A stretch of DNA of 40,798 nucleotides from Aduncisulcus paluster (lineage: Eukaryota), in the NCBI GenBank assembly GCA_024181965.1, contig BQXS01010956.1, positions 1 through 40,798 of the forward strand, in the 5' to 3' direction. Below the pieces are notes generated by a model. That model saw nothing but the letters and a program-made list of their open reading frames with translations. It made no database searches and was not told the origin of the DNA. Below, piece by piece: positions 28,418 to 40,798 of the stretch (its first letter is position 1; the number at the start of each line of letters is the position of its first letter). The position numbers and the translations under genes were made by a program.

Positions 28418-28846
28418 GTTCATTAATCTATCCTCTTCACTGTATTGATTATCAATCTTCGAAAATTTCAAGCATTTTGTAAAAACTACCTGGGTTTTTG
28501 TTCTCACTTGAGACCACAACTCAAGAAAATATACTCCTACACCTTCATTTTATTTAATAAATGATAATTGATTTTAATTAATTTTCCTTCATTTTTGGTA
28601 AAAAATTAGTTATGGATCATCTGTTGCGGTCAGTGCGCTCAACCTGTAATGATTCCGCGCAAAATTCCAAATTGCAAATTTAAGAATACGAAAATACCTC
28701 AAATAAATGATTGTTAGATTCTGGTTATTCATAAAATATGGGAACAATCTTCAATATCCGCTTTATCGCATCAGGAACTCAACGTCTCGAAATAAAGCCC
28801 TTTTCTGACAGATCACACACTCACTTTCTTTAATTTTCTCATTTCA

Positions 28847-31170
28847 ATGAGCGTTAATGAGAAGACTGTGCTTTCCTGGATTCAGGATTGCCTTTGTTCT
28901 GGTGTAGATGAAAAGGTGTGGTCTAATATAACATCTGTTTTAAAAGAGAAAGAAAAATTAGTGGAAAAATTCATACGAGGAGAAACCACAACTTTATTAA
29001 CATTTTTAAAACCCATATCATCAAGCGGTAAAGTTGAATATTCATTTCCTTTTTTCAAGAGCTCAACCTTTATTATAATATCTATTGATCGACAATATCT
29101 TCAATCGCCTATTCTTTCATACTTTTTCAGGCGGAAAAAATACATAGGTTCAAAGAGTCTGATGGATATTTCAGAACTTGATGATCCCACAGACATGTTT
29201 GGTTATGGAGAGATTAAAGGAACTTCTTTAGAGACATTAGAAGTTGTTTTAATGGAAATATTCAAACCATCCTTTGATTTAGCAAAAATATCATGGTCGT
29301 CATTTGCCTCTTCTCAGTTCGACACTGTATATGCATGGTTCACTCATTTTATGAGCGAACTCAATGGAACACTTCGCCATTGTATTGCTCTCACAAGTCC
29401 TACTGAACTTTTAGAATATTTGAGACGTCAAGGAATGCAGGGTTTAACTGCTGCTGCAAATCTTGCCTCAAGTGATTCCCATGTTCAACATCTTGCTGAT
29501 CAGCAAGTTCATAAATGGATAGATCAGGTGAAAGTTGCTTTGGAAGAGTGTGTTGATTGCGATAGTGATTTCATTCATATGAGTCCCCTGAATTATGATT
29601 CTCTCTCGCCTCTCTCACTTCTTGCCCGCTGGAGAAATACTATGGCAACATGCTCATCGTTGCAACAACAATTTTCTCGTAAAGATGTGCGTAATGTCCT
29701 CGCCGTTGTTGCTCTTTCAAGGGCTTCTTCTGCAATGAAATTGTGGCGCATGCAAGAATCAATAACATCAAAGAAACTCGAATCTTCCAAAACCATTGTC
29801 AAGACTCTTAGTTTATTTGAACGTCTTTTTGCTGCCATTTCGTCTCCTTCTGTTCTCCCTGATACTTGTTTATCTTTATTGAGTTCGACCTTTGCTCACC
29901 AATCCGACTCCCAAGAGAGAGCCGAAAAGAAACTCACAAAGTCTCGGCGTAGTTCTCTTGGGTCAGCTCCTCCGTCCATCACCCTCACAAAAGTTGTTCC
30001 CTTCTCTGCTCCAACCGTTTCTAACTTCTCCTCCCATTTTATATCTCTATGTTCCCTTCCAAAGACTCTTTCAAGGGAGGTTTTGAGGAGAATATCTTTC
30101 CAAGTTTCGCACAATGTCATGGTTGCCGTTGTCAATACTTGCTCCGAAATAATTGCTCTCTCCGAACAGACTCAACGTGGACTCCAAGAAATTGATGATG
30201 AATCCAAGGGTCATGGTCTCAGTAGAGCCATTTCTCCCAATCAACAGCGTGCATCCCTTGATCAAACATCAAAATCTACGCAAAAGGACGATTCAATTCG
30301 TTCCATGTTGAAGGATGGAGTGGACATTGACCTCATTAACGACCCCATGATGGATGTAACAGAGAAGGCAATGCGAATCGTTGCTGAACAAGAAAAACAA
30401 CAGAAGGAAATCGAACATCGTACAAGGAAAGGCAGGAAGAAATCCAAAATAGATGCGGCATCCGCGCTCCACGACGATTCTGTAAGAAACAAAATCAACA
30501 AAAAGATGAAAAATCCCAACAAAACTCACATTAATCGTTATAACATCCCATTTTCATATGAATTACTTCAGAGAACTATCCAAATGGCTTGTCATCCTTC
30601 TCTCCCTACTATCCTCTCCATCCAGCCTCTTCTTGATGTCCTATCGACTCCAATTGGAGCTTTAGACATGATGCGTTCGTTGATTGCAGATTATTTCGAG
30701 TGTTTGGATGAAATCCGTCGAGAGGAATTTGCCAGTACATCCTCCCTTGCCTCTCTCTCCCGTTCCATGTCCCAAGCCAATACTCCAAAGATGGCATCAC
30801 AGGCATTCAAACCATTATACACAGCCCATGAAATGGCAGCCATATCCGCGACAATCCTTGCCCCTCTGATTGAGTTAGAAAAACGTTGTTCCGAGATCAG
30901 CAATCTCACTTCTCTCCTTTTCCAATACCAATCCATCCTTTCCCTTGTAGGTGAGAAGGAGAAAGAGAAAGAGTTGGAAAGAGAAAGAGAAAGGGAGAGG
31001 GAAAGAGAGTTGAAGGAAAAAGAGAAAGAGCGTGATCAAAAAATCGAGAGGGAACGTGATCTTGAACGAGTTCGCGAAAAGACCCGTTCACAGCCGGACT
31101 CTTCCAAAACTGAGCAGAGAGATCGGGATGGTGGGTCAAGTGCTTTGGATGCAGGCAGTGAGCTACAATC
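28847..31170 (+). CDS. Divergent dynein heavy chain-like protein, N-terminal tail segment (continues past the gap)
   Basis: SLETLEVVLMEIFKP and PLSLLARWRNTMATCSSLQQQFSRKDVRNVLAVV resemble the DHC_N1 tail (P..E..FW..R...L..I.EQL....V..VL). The stop at 31204 is produced by the gap duplication. Confidence 0.75.
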
Positions 31171-31361
31171 NNNNNNNNNNNNNNNNNNNNGGAAAGAGAG
31201 TTGAAGGAAAAAGAGAAAGAGCGTGATCAAAAAATCGAGAGGGAACGTGATCTTGAACGAGTTCGCGAAAAGACCCGTTCACAGCCGGACTCTTCCAAAA
31301 CTGAGCAGAGAGATCGGGATGGTGGGTCAAGTGCTTTGGATGCAGGCAGTGAGCTACAATC
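31000..31361. repeat. 171-bp exact direct duplication flanking a 20-N gap (artefact; breaks the dynein ORF)
   Basis: 31000-31170 equals 31191-31361, with N at 31171-31190. The offset of 191 is not a multiple of 3. Confidence 0.9.
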
Positions 31362-34300
31362 TATGGAGATGACCTATGGCGATGGCATGGACGATGAAAA
31401 TGGATCAAAACTGAGGTTAGAGGAAGAACGCCGGAGAATTATCGAACAGAAGGATGCTTTGTTACACCATCGTTCTGCCATCCCTGAAGGATCATCTTCA
31501 CGTGTGGGAATGGATAAAAATGAAGAAGAATCTGAAGAAATGTCGTCAACATCAGATGGCGAAGATCGTCGTCTATTAAATCCACTCACCTGTTCCAACG
31601 ATCCTGTTCCTTCCTCTCTCCTCCCCATGCCCCAACTTCCACCTTCTCTTTCATTATTTGACCTATTCTTATGTCCTTCTTCATCATTCGATTCCCTATT
31701 CTCTTCCACCGGTTCTCATATTCTATCCCTTGATACGATGCTTGATGTAATCGTGTCAAAGCAATTTTCATCATCTTCTTCCATTCTATCGGCTGTGAAG
31801 GTGCTTGAGAGATACACATCAATTCTACACACAAAATACCTCAAAGGACTATTGTATTCAAGGTTTATTGAGGTATGTGTTCGTTTGTTTGAAGAGGTTG
31901 AGAATGTTGCGAAACAATTCGAACATCTCAAGCGGAACCCACCCTTGATGCGTGGTCACAGTAAGGTTGGTGGTGCTCTCATGTGGGTCAGACGTTTGAG
32001 TGATCGCATTGAGAAACCCATGTCTCTGCTAGTCTTATGTTCTCCTCAGAGGTTAAAGGGAACCGAGGAGTGGAGAAGACTCGTGAGCACATACAATCTC
32101 ACTGAACGTGCTTTGGTCCAATATGAGAGACATACTCATGAGATATGGTGTGACGTGATGGAGATATCTCCAGCAGCATTGAAATGCTCCCTCCTCGTCG
32201 TGAGAAGGGAAGCTGATGAAGAAGAGAGGATCAACAGGATGGGCGTTCAACGTGAAATAGATCCTGATATTAAATCCGTGACTCCCAGTGATTTGTTGGA
32301 CGATGAGCCTGAAAGCCTTAGCAAACCCAGTTCAAAGGGAACTTCAAACGGAAAGATAGTATCTTCTAAGGAGGCAAATCCGAAAGCAAATCGAAGTTCC
32401 TCCCAGCCTTCAATGTACATTTTCCCACCTGCTTTGTCATACCATCTGAATCTTGACCCTTCTGTTTCTGAATGTGATAAAGATGTTCATGCCATGAGAA
32501 TGCTGGGACTTTCAGTGCCTCAAACCCTTCAACAACAACTCACTCATGCGATCGAATGTACAAAGCATAAAGATATATTATTGTTTATTATCAAACGTCG
32601 TCGTGATGAATTTAAGAGAATTCCAAGTCATTTGTGGCCATTACTACTTCCTTTAGCGCTTCAAGTTGAGGTTGAGCTTCGTCCTGCCGTTTCCTCCATT
32701 ACATGGGAATCCTTGAGTATCGGTGGTCTCGTTTCACGAACTCTCGATAGCATTAACCGTCTTCAAAGTGTTCGTGAGCGTGTGATGATGGTGATGCGAG
32801 GTAAAGTTACGCCTAATATTTTTAGTCTTGCTTCCCCTCTCCTCAATATCAATGAGTGTGTTATTTCAGCTCAAGAACCATACCTTCAAGACAAGCAACA
32901 ACAAGTATGTGTTGAAGAAAAGAAAGTGAGGAAACTACTTGCCTTTGTGGAGGATGAGTCAGTTTTCCCTCAACAAATATTCCCTCCATCTCTCCCGTCG
33001 GTTAAGAAGCTTCTTGATATGCTTTTAATATCGAGCCGTAAGAAAAAGAAAGAGATGAAACGAATCGTTGGAATTATTGCAAGCGGTGTTCTTGAAATCT
33101 GTGTTATATGTCATAGTTATATCGATTTATTTTCAAACATTGCTCCATTTACTGGCAAATTATCTTTATTCCGCCTTAGTTTGAAACGGATGAAGCGTGT
33201 AACCTCCTCTATTGATGTATATGGACATGCTGTTCGTCATATTGTCTTATGGGTAAATAGTGCCATCATGGGAGTTGTCCGTACATCCCTCAATCGAACC
33301 TTGGCTCAACTCAGACGTCTTGTGCAAAGTCCCATGAAACATCCTTCGAAGTCCTTTGTTGTGAATGAAGGCTGCAATGATCATCAATGTGGCATTTCTC
33401 TGTCATCTGCCCCCGCTCCCTTGTTTACGACTCCCCCATTATGTAATGTTACAATTAAGTTAATGATGCCCCTTTTCACACTGGATCCCCCAATATCTGT
33501 CATATCTACTCAACTTACTCAGTCAATATCTTCTGCAATCCTCACTACACTCTCATTCCCTCTCCTCTCACCATCTTTGATCCTCCAAGGAACAAAGAGT
33601 GAGAGTGCTTTGATGTATTCAAAGGCCCTCAGTGCCAGTACTTTGGGTGAAGGTGGATGGGGCAGTCTGAAAGATGCACCACAGTGGGGCCGGGATCGTG
33701 TTGGCACTTCCCTTTGTAAAATGTGTGATATGAGTGAGAAATGGGGTGCCATATCCAATCCCATGAATGGAATCACCTCTACTCCGATTACTGTGGGATC
33801 ATCAACGATCGTTCCCATCCCAGGAGGACCTCCATCTTCCTCGAGTCCTCCAAGTGGCACATCTTCCCCATCTACAATTACACACAATTCAGGCCTTGAG
33901 ATATATTCTCCTCAGATAACAATTACTCCACTTCATATTTCTACGCTTCCTCTCCTTCTTTCCGCAATATCTTCCCTGTTATCCTTGAGACATACATTTA
34001 CGCAACTCTCCTCAATTCTCAACTTCTATCGTGAACGTGTCGAGGAAATGACACTTCGTTGGCGTGAAAGCGTTGGAGTTCAGAAGGGTGGAAGTGTTAT
34101 GAAACTCCTCAAAAAGGAGAGAGAAAGAGATGCCGAGGGGAAAGCAGATGCCACACAAGAACAAGAAGGAGCTACCCAGACAAAATCTGATCAATCAAAT
34201 TCCAAGAAACAACCTTCTTCATCCCCTTTGCTTGATGAACTTATTGAAAACCCTTCAGAATCTTCTTTAGTGGCCCTTCCAGCTGATTTTGCAACGATGA

Positions 34301-37300
34301 ATAACAAACGATTCATCAAACATTGCCTTGAACTTGAAACGTTGAGAAAAGCCTGGTTAGTTATATCCAGCAGTGGTTCTATCTTCTCTCTTCTTCCCAT
34401 GTTTGTGCGTTTTGGTAATACAATCGTGTCCTGTGCCTCTCTCCGTCACTCGTTGGCAGGAGAAGTAACTGTTAGAACTGGTGTCGTGTTTGTGTCGATG
34501 GGAAATACTCTGAACGCTCTTGTGAATGAAGTGAATTCCCACACTCGATCCTTGGTGTGTAAACTGAGCATTTCTGTGAACACAGCCGAACAATATGCAA
34601 GCACCCTGAAAGCCATTGGTGAGGCTGAAGAAGCATTGCGTGATCTCCCAAAGGTTAGAAGTATTATCAAAGAGTGCTATTGTGTACTTCCTTTACATGA
34701 GAAGGTCCATCTTTCGACTCAAGGAAACAGTACTATGGCTGAGTCTGGTGTTGTTGGTACCCAGGCAGGAAAGTCATGCAAACGTCGTCCTTCGGGAAGA
34801 TTGAGTGATGCAACGCAGTCCCCTTCAACCACAGGTGGTCCATCATCCTCAACAACCCCATTATCTTCCCATGAACAAGCCGTGATCATGTGTATTGACA
34901 CTTTATCACACACTTTATCCCGTTCTAATTCCTCACTCCAAAAGAAGAGACCTATCTTCAGAAACTTGGTTAGTGAAAGATTACGTGCTTATATTGGGGA
35001 TGTTCTTCAGTTCTGGAGTAATGTCGAGGCAAACGGACCCGTAGCTAGGTATTTGAATATCGTTGTGAGCAAAACTACTGGGGCCACCGCTGCTGCTGCT
35101 GCCGCTGCTGCTGCCTCCGGTAGTGGTCTTGGAGTCGGTTTTATTGTTGACAAAACTGGTCGGACTGCCAAAAAGCCTAAGAAAGACAAAGATGAAGATG
35201 AATCCTCAGAATCCTATGACGAATTTGATGAAGAAGAACTTAATGGTTTTGGGAAAGGTGGGCTGTTTTCATCCCAATTTGAGTGGAGTAAGGCTGTTTC
35301 AGTTGCAAAGACTGTCAGTGAAATTATGCTTAGCCAGTGTGTTGAAAGGTTGAGGAATGGAGCTGAAATTCATCAGTGCCAAGTATTATTTGGTATTATC
35401 AAAACCCCATTCCCTGAGCTTGATCGAGCCCACTCATTCCTCAAAGTTTGTTCCCATATCTTTGCCTTTTCTCACTCATTTATCTCTGCTCTCGATGAGT
35501 TTTATGCCCTTCAATGGCGTCAATATGAATCAGATGATGATGAAAATGTTGACCAAGTTCTAAAAAGGGTTAAAAAGATGTGTACAAAAGAATACGATGC
35601 CATGATTGAACACGCTTCAAGCATTGCTGGTCTTGTTGAGCTGGCTCCCGTTAAACATATCGAAGAGATTGTTTTAAAGCATCGTTCTGATATTATTCCA
35701 ATTCTTGAATTGATAAAGAAGGCTAATCTGAGTGCTATCCACTGGAATATTCTCTCTACAATGTGTGTAAGAAGTACAAGTTCCATTCTACCTCCTCTGA
35801 ATTCCATGACAGTGGCTGATGTTATTAACCTCGATATTTCAGTGAATATTCGAGTTGTCATGAATGTAGCAAAACAAGCCATGCAAGAGGGAGAATTAAT
35901 TGAACGAATTCATTCTCTGACTCAACCATGGATCACTGCTTCTTTGATTTGTGTCCGATGCAGTGGAGTTCCTGCTCTTATCAATGCTAAACAAGCCGTC
36001 AATGTTGTCAAAGATGTCCAAAAACACATATTCCCATCAATATCTTTCACCATTCCATTATTGAAAGCCATTACCAGTATTCCTGAGCCCATTTGTGTTT
36101 GTGAAGTCACTTCCACATGTTCTTTAATCCGTAAGTTAAAGAATACCCGTTCATCTCTAATTGCGGTTATTCCAGAATTGTATCAAATGAACAAGAAGAG
36201 GATTGGTGATGGTGATGGTATTCGGAACAGAGAGCAAAACAAGGGAAATTCCAAAGATAAGAAAGATGCTGAGAAAGGAGGAGCTATTTCAAAATCCTCG
36301 TCTAATCCAATTGAAGATGGAACTGTTGGTTCGAACATGCATGACGGAAGTGGGAAATCTTTCCTCACAAATACTATCATTGACACTCATAAATGGCTCC
36401 AGTCTTTATGTGTAACAGAACAGTTCCTTCGTCGATTGATTACTATTCAGGAGAAAGTTCGTCAGATTGTTAACATTAGTTTTGCAGTGAAGAGAGATGC
36501 CATTATCTGTGTAAGAATCACACAAACGAACAAACACAAGGCTTGGCGTTTGGTTCCTGTAGATGTTGCAGACGCTGGCGATACTCCCCGTATAGATGTG
36601 TTTAATGGAGTGTATCAAGGCGACGGAGTCGTGAAGGGGAAAGGAATCATGACAAATGATGCCGGGTTCCCTTTTTTGTCCCACCAACCTTTCACTGTAT
36701 TTCCATGGACTCAAAGCGAACGTGTTCTATCTCTCTGGAAAAGTGTTGAAAAATGTATTCTCCGTGGTGGTCCTCTTATTTCTCTTTGCGGAGATGAAGC
36801 TACTTTTTATCATACTCTCTTGAGAAATATGGAGTCAGCCGTGAGGGCCTTCTTTGATGATATTCCAACATTTTGTTCCCAAATCAGGAAAGTCACTCCT
36901 CTTTTGGCACCCTTAAATGACAATGAAATTGTTGAGATTGTCTCTTGTGGAACAAGTATTCAAAATCCATACTCTCCTTTCCACGCAATCATTAAGAAAG
37001 CTGTGACAGGAATCGGCAGAATTGTCGTTGTATATGCTGATCACGACGAACTAGCTCCAATCAGACCATTTGCCGTAGGATTTCATACTCATCTTGACGA
37101 ATTTGTTCCTTTCAAGGCACCCCTTCCTCTCCCTGTCGATTCTTCAGCTGTCACGTGGTTCAATCATGTGATTGTTGCTTCTCAAATTGCTTTGAAAAAT
37201 CTATTTTTGGATACTCTCGAAGAACTTGAGAAAGTCAGAATTGCAGCAGTGATAAAAGATCATGAAAGGGATGTTACATGTCGATTAGGGGATCTCTTAC

Positions 37301-40300
37301 GGGAACAAGATGATATCGAAACTATTTTTGCAAGTGATACAGTCCAAAATCTTATTCCATCAGATGTTGCCCGAATGAAGGCTCGTCTTGTTGAGATTGG
37401 AAAATTGACCATGTATGAGCGTCGTCACTTACAGAAAACAGAGCAAGTCTCGCCCAATTGTGACTTATTCTCAGTCCTTTTCAATGTTCCCCTCCAAATA
37501 TCTGTCCTTGCCGTGTCTGTGTGGACCACAACAATGATGAAAGGTATGTTACGATTCTCCATCAAGGACCGTGAAAGGAACTTTGCTGCCCTTGCTCTCT
37601 GTGTTCGTGATTTGTGTCGTCGTTGTGGAGATATGGTCGCAGAAAGTGGAGAACAAGAAAGTATTGCACGTGCTGGAACTGCTCAAAAGTCATATGAGCA
37701 ACGTATCAAACAACTTATGGAAGAAGAAATTCGTTTATCGCAGGAAGAAGAACTCGACAGAAGTGCTCGCGAATCCAAGGAAGGATCTGTCGAGAATTCA
37801 ACTCATTCTGAAGCGTTTGAGTTTCATTTCAAACCAGAACCAAAACCTAAATCTATTTCGAATCCACCATCTTCCTATATGAATCATTTACAACAATCAA
37901 AGGTTCCCTCGTGTGTGTTAGATCCAATTTACACCCCCAAACGTATTCTTGCGGTCTCGTTGTCTCTTACTTCCATCTGTAAACACATTGAGAGTACCCT
38001 GTGGCAGTGTGCATGCTGTGATGCTCGTCATATTGAAAAGGAAAAGACAAAGGCCTTGAACAGAGATCGTCGAGAAGGAACAAACAGCGCTGAGGCTTCA
38101 TATCTCTCCATTCAGTGGAAAACAGAGCGTGATAAGATTGAAGAAAGTGTTTGGGAGGGTTATCAAAGTGTCAGAAGTGCCAAGTATTCCGCCAGGAGTC
38201 GTGGTGCTTCATGGTCGCGTAAGAAAGGTACTGGTGATAATTTAACAAGTACTACGTCCGCCTTCCGTGGAATTGGTGCCCCCATCTTCCAACAGGCTTC
38301 TTCAGACCGAATCACGTCTACTTCCCACTTGCACACCAATACTCACCCCCTCACTTCGAATGATGTTTTCTTCTCTGATCGTATCTTCTGTGAATGGAAG
38401 AGTTTGGAAGGCGAAAGAGATCCCGAAAAAGATCCACAAGCTTCTATCCACTGTGAAAGTCAGACATCGATTCAGAAAGATTCTGTCCGTGAGAATGAGC
38501 GTGATCGCCGAAGAAAAGCCGGCGGAGACGATTATCGTCCCAACCCTGAGGAAGAAGAAGATGAATATGAATACCAATATGAAGAAGTATCTGTTGATGA
38601 AGATGATGAAGGATCTTCTTATTCCTCTGATCGGGAGTTTCCTCCAGATAAAACTCAACCATCTCAACAACCTCTGAAGGGAACTTCTCGACTCAGAACT
38701 TCAACTACAAACAAGATGTTAGCATCTGCCATCAATGCTGCGTCTGACAGAATGACTCCAAGATGTTCTCCAAGGGATTCAGCCTCAAATTATCAATCAT
38801 TATTTGCCTCCCACCCATTCATGCTAATGAATCACCCGTCATCTCCATCATTTCCCCCAACTCACATGTTGTTCCCAAAAGATCTCGCTCCTCGTGAATC
38901 TGTCATAGCTACACATTCAATTCTAAGCTCTATGGGTTGGCCTGGAGCTTGTTTACTCATGAATGTCGAAATGAGAACTCGAGAAAAGGAGGAAGAAGCC
39001 AGAAAAGAACTTTCTCAGAAATTAAAGGCTTTGAAACGGAATGATTTTGAGAAGAGAATGGCTGAAGAAAAGAGTTTTATTACCAGCAGAGATGAATCAA
39101 TTTCTCTTGGTCAATCCACTTCATTTTTAAGACGTTCCAGAGTGAAACTTCTTGGAAGACAGAGTGTGGAGATCCCTGCCGATCCTCAAGCCCAAACCCA
39201 ATATCTCAGTTCTCTAGATGATTATGTTTTGGAGACATTCACCGAGAGTGACATGGCACTTTTCTCCCCAAGAGTTATGGGCACCCTGACTCGATTCCCC
39301 CGTGGAGTTCTTCTCCTGCGAGTCAGGAATACGATGCAGGTTTGTCACTGGTTGCCATCAGCCTTTGATACACACACTCTGTCTCTTCCAACTTTGACTC
39401 CATCTTTGGTCCGTTCTGTGAGGAATGTTCTTGAAACAAGCAGTATTGGTGGCTGTGTTTCATTTTCTAATGGTGGAACATCGAGATCATCTGGTTTTGT
39501 GAATGCTTTGAGTTTTCTTTCTTCATTTACGGGAAGACCTTTGTTCCTCCTCTCTCCTCCCAATGTTTGTCAAGGAGAATGTGATGTTTTAACAAGTACA
39601 GAATTGAAGAAAGTTCAAGGGGAGCGACTGGTGAAAACAGTTCAATCTTTGGATTCTGTTAACAGTAAGATTGGAACAAGTGATATCACTGGGATTGGTG
39701 GTGCTTCCTCTGTTCCCGCTGAAGTCATGTCTCTCAACTCTGCTGACCTTTGCTTCGATTGCGGTGGTTCTAAGAGAAAGGCAGCTGCTTCTTCGATATT
39801 TAGAGCCACATCTGAGCCTTCTCCATCAAGAAGTCCCACTTCAAGTGCTCCATCCCATACTTCTCAGCTCACTATCATCAAAGATATGCTGTATTCTGCT
39901 CCTGCTCTTGGGGCAATTGTTTGTGTGCTTGGAACCAGTTCGCATTCAAACACGACTCTTACAGCCGTTGGACTTATGCAAAGTAAGTATAATGAAACTC
40001 AGTTGAAGCGAGGGACTCGTGAATTAACTGTTCAAGCTTGCCTTGAAAATTCTTCATTCACCCATCAAAACAAACTTATTGAAAGAGTTAGTGAACATGG
40101 TGTTCCCTTGACAACTGCTAGATCTGCTACTGCCACCCTCACAACAGCTTCAGCCACTGTTTCAACTCCACCCTATCCTTTCCACACCTCATTTGGCGAA
40201 AGCTCTGAAATCAAACATCTCCCATTACATTCTAGGAGTGGAATGATCATTACTCTGCAATGTAATTGTCATGCTCCTAGTGAGAATCGTGTGGATACCA

Positions 40301-40798
40301 TGAAAGGTTGTGAATTCTGCTCCAATTCCTCTTCTGTGAATACTCCTCTGTCACCTTTGCATACATCATGTCCCCACCTCCCTTCTGCTCTACGGAATAA
40401 TATTATTCATTATTTCCCCTCACATTCAATGAATCAGTGGCCCATTGGTGCCATTCGAGCTCTTAGAAAGCCCGACAAGAAGAAGAAGAAGAGGGAGAAG
40501 AGACTTGAAGTTGAAGAAGAAGTTGAAATGGATGATTCTACCCAGTTCACTTCCGCCATTTCTGGTCAGGAAAAGCCTTCTTCTCCCCCAAAACCACCTG
40601 ATATGTGGGCCTCTCTCCTCAGTACCATTACTTATGGAGGTTCTGCGACAGATATCGAAGCTATGAAGGTGGATAGAGCTCTGGGATACCTTGATAGTGA
40701 GAAATTAGAGCTTGAACTCATTATATATACAATTTTATGGGCTCTCGGTCAAAGGTGGGCCGCTCAAACTCTCTCGTCTGTTCTTGCCTCGTTCTTTG
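31192..40798 (+). CDS. Divergent dynein heavy chain-like protein, tail/linker/AAA1 (3' end outside the window)
   Basis: The frame is open for about 3200 codons to the window end and is absent from the track. DHC motifs appear in order: KRNPPLMRGHSKVGGALMWVRRLSDRIEKPM (31930), IPILELIKKANLSAIHW (about 35700), PLLAPLNDNEIVEIVS (about 36900), DEFVPF...AVTWFNHV, VPLQISVLAVSVWTT, PTLTPSLVRS...GGCVSFSNGGTSRS (AAA1, about 39390-39490) and CPHLPSALRN (about 40370). Confidence 0.85.

Larger units (their letters stand above)
27933..28438. repeat. 243-bp duplication of the H2A 3' half across a 20-N gap, with 2 differences
   Basis: 27933-28175 versus 28196-28438, with N at 28176-28195. Differences are G28058/T28321 (synonymous Arg) and C28156/T28419 (3' UTR). 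Confidence 0.9.

Noticed and set aside
28507-28527. Hairpin CTTGAG-N7-CTCAAG after H2A as a histone 3' stem-loop
   Set aside because: The loop size and sequence do not fit the SLBP-type 6-bp stem with 4-nt loop consensus.
31191-31204. Stop codon ending a 785-aa protein at 31204
   Set aside because: It arises from the out-of-frame gap duplication; the protein continues in the downstream frame.
324-40666. The many 60-330 aa alternative-frame and antisense ORFs in the track (for example 17400-18395, 19941-20549, 27720-28160)
   Set aside because: They are shadows of long, codon-biased or repetitive real genes and have no independent motifs.

Overview
Gene-dense, intron-poor eukaryotic (protist) scaffold using the standard genetic code: TAA, TGA and TAG all terminate genes here. 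A Giardia-type cyst wall protein domain and the very divergent, insertion-rich proteins suggest a fornicate metamonad, possibly a Carpediemonas-like organism (inference). Gene order: (1) a >3200-codon GCN1-like HEAT protein on the minus strand, split by one frameshift at about 3437-3474 and running off the left end; (2) an 829-aa protein with a Sola/DUF7869 transposase-like Cys/helical N-terminal region and no visible catalytic core; (3) a giant modular secreted protein built on a cyst-wall-protein LRR/Cys domain; (4) a pseudokinase-LRR; (5) a 2-TM membrane protein; (6) a tandem Ras-like GTPase; (7) OSTC/DC2; (8) histone H2A with a (GK)10 tail and SQEL end; (9) a greatly expanded dynein-heavy-chain-like protein with degenerate AAA1 Walker motifs, running off the right end. 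Four 20-N gaps are each flanked by 171-298 bp direct duplications, which are mostly scaffolding artefacts that inflate or break ORFs. No rRNA, tRNA, CRISPR array or intact mobile element was seen. Family assignments come from motifs recalled from memory, not from database searches.
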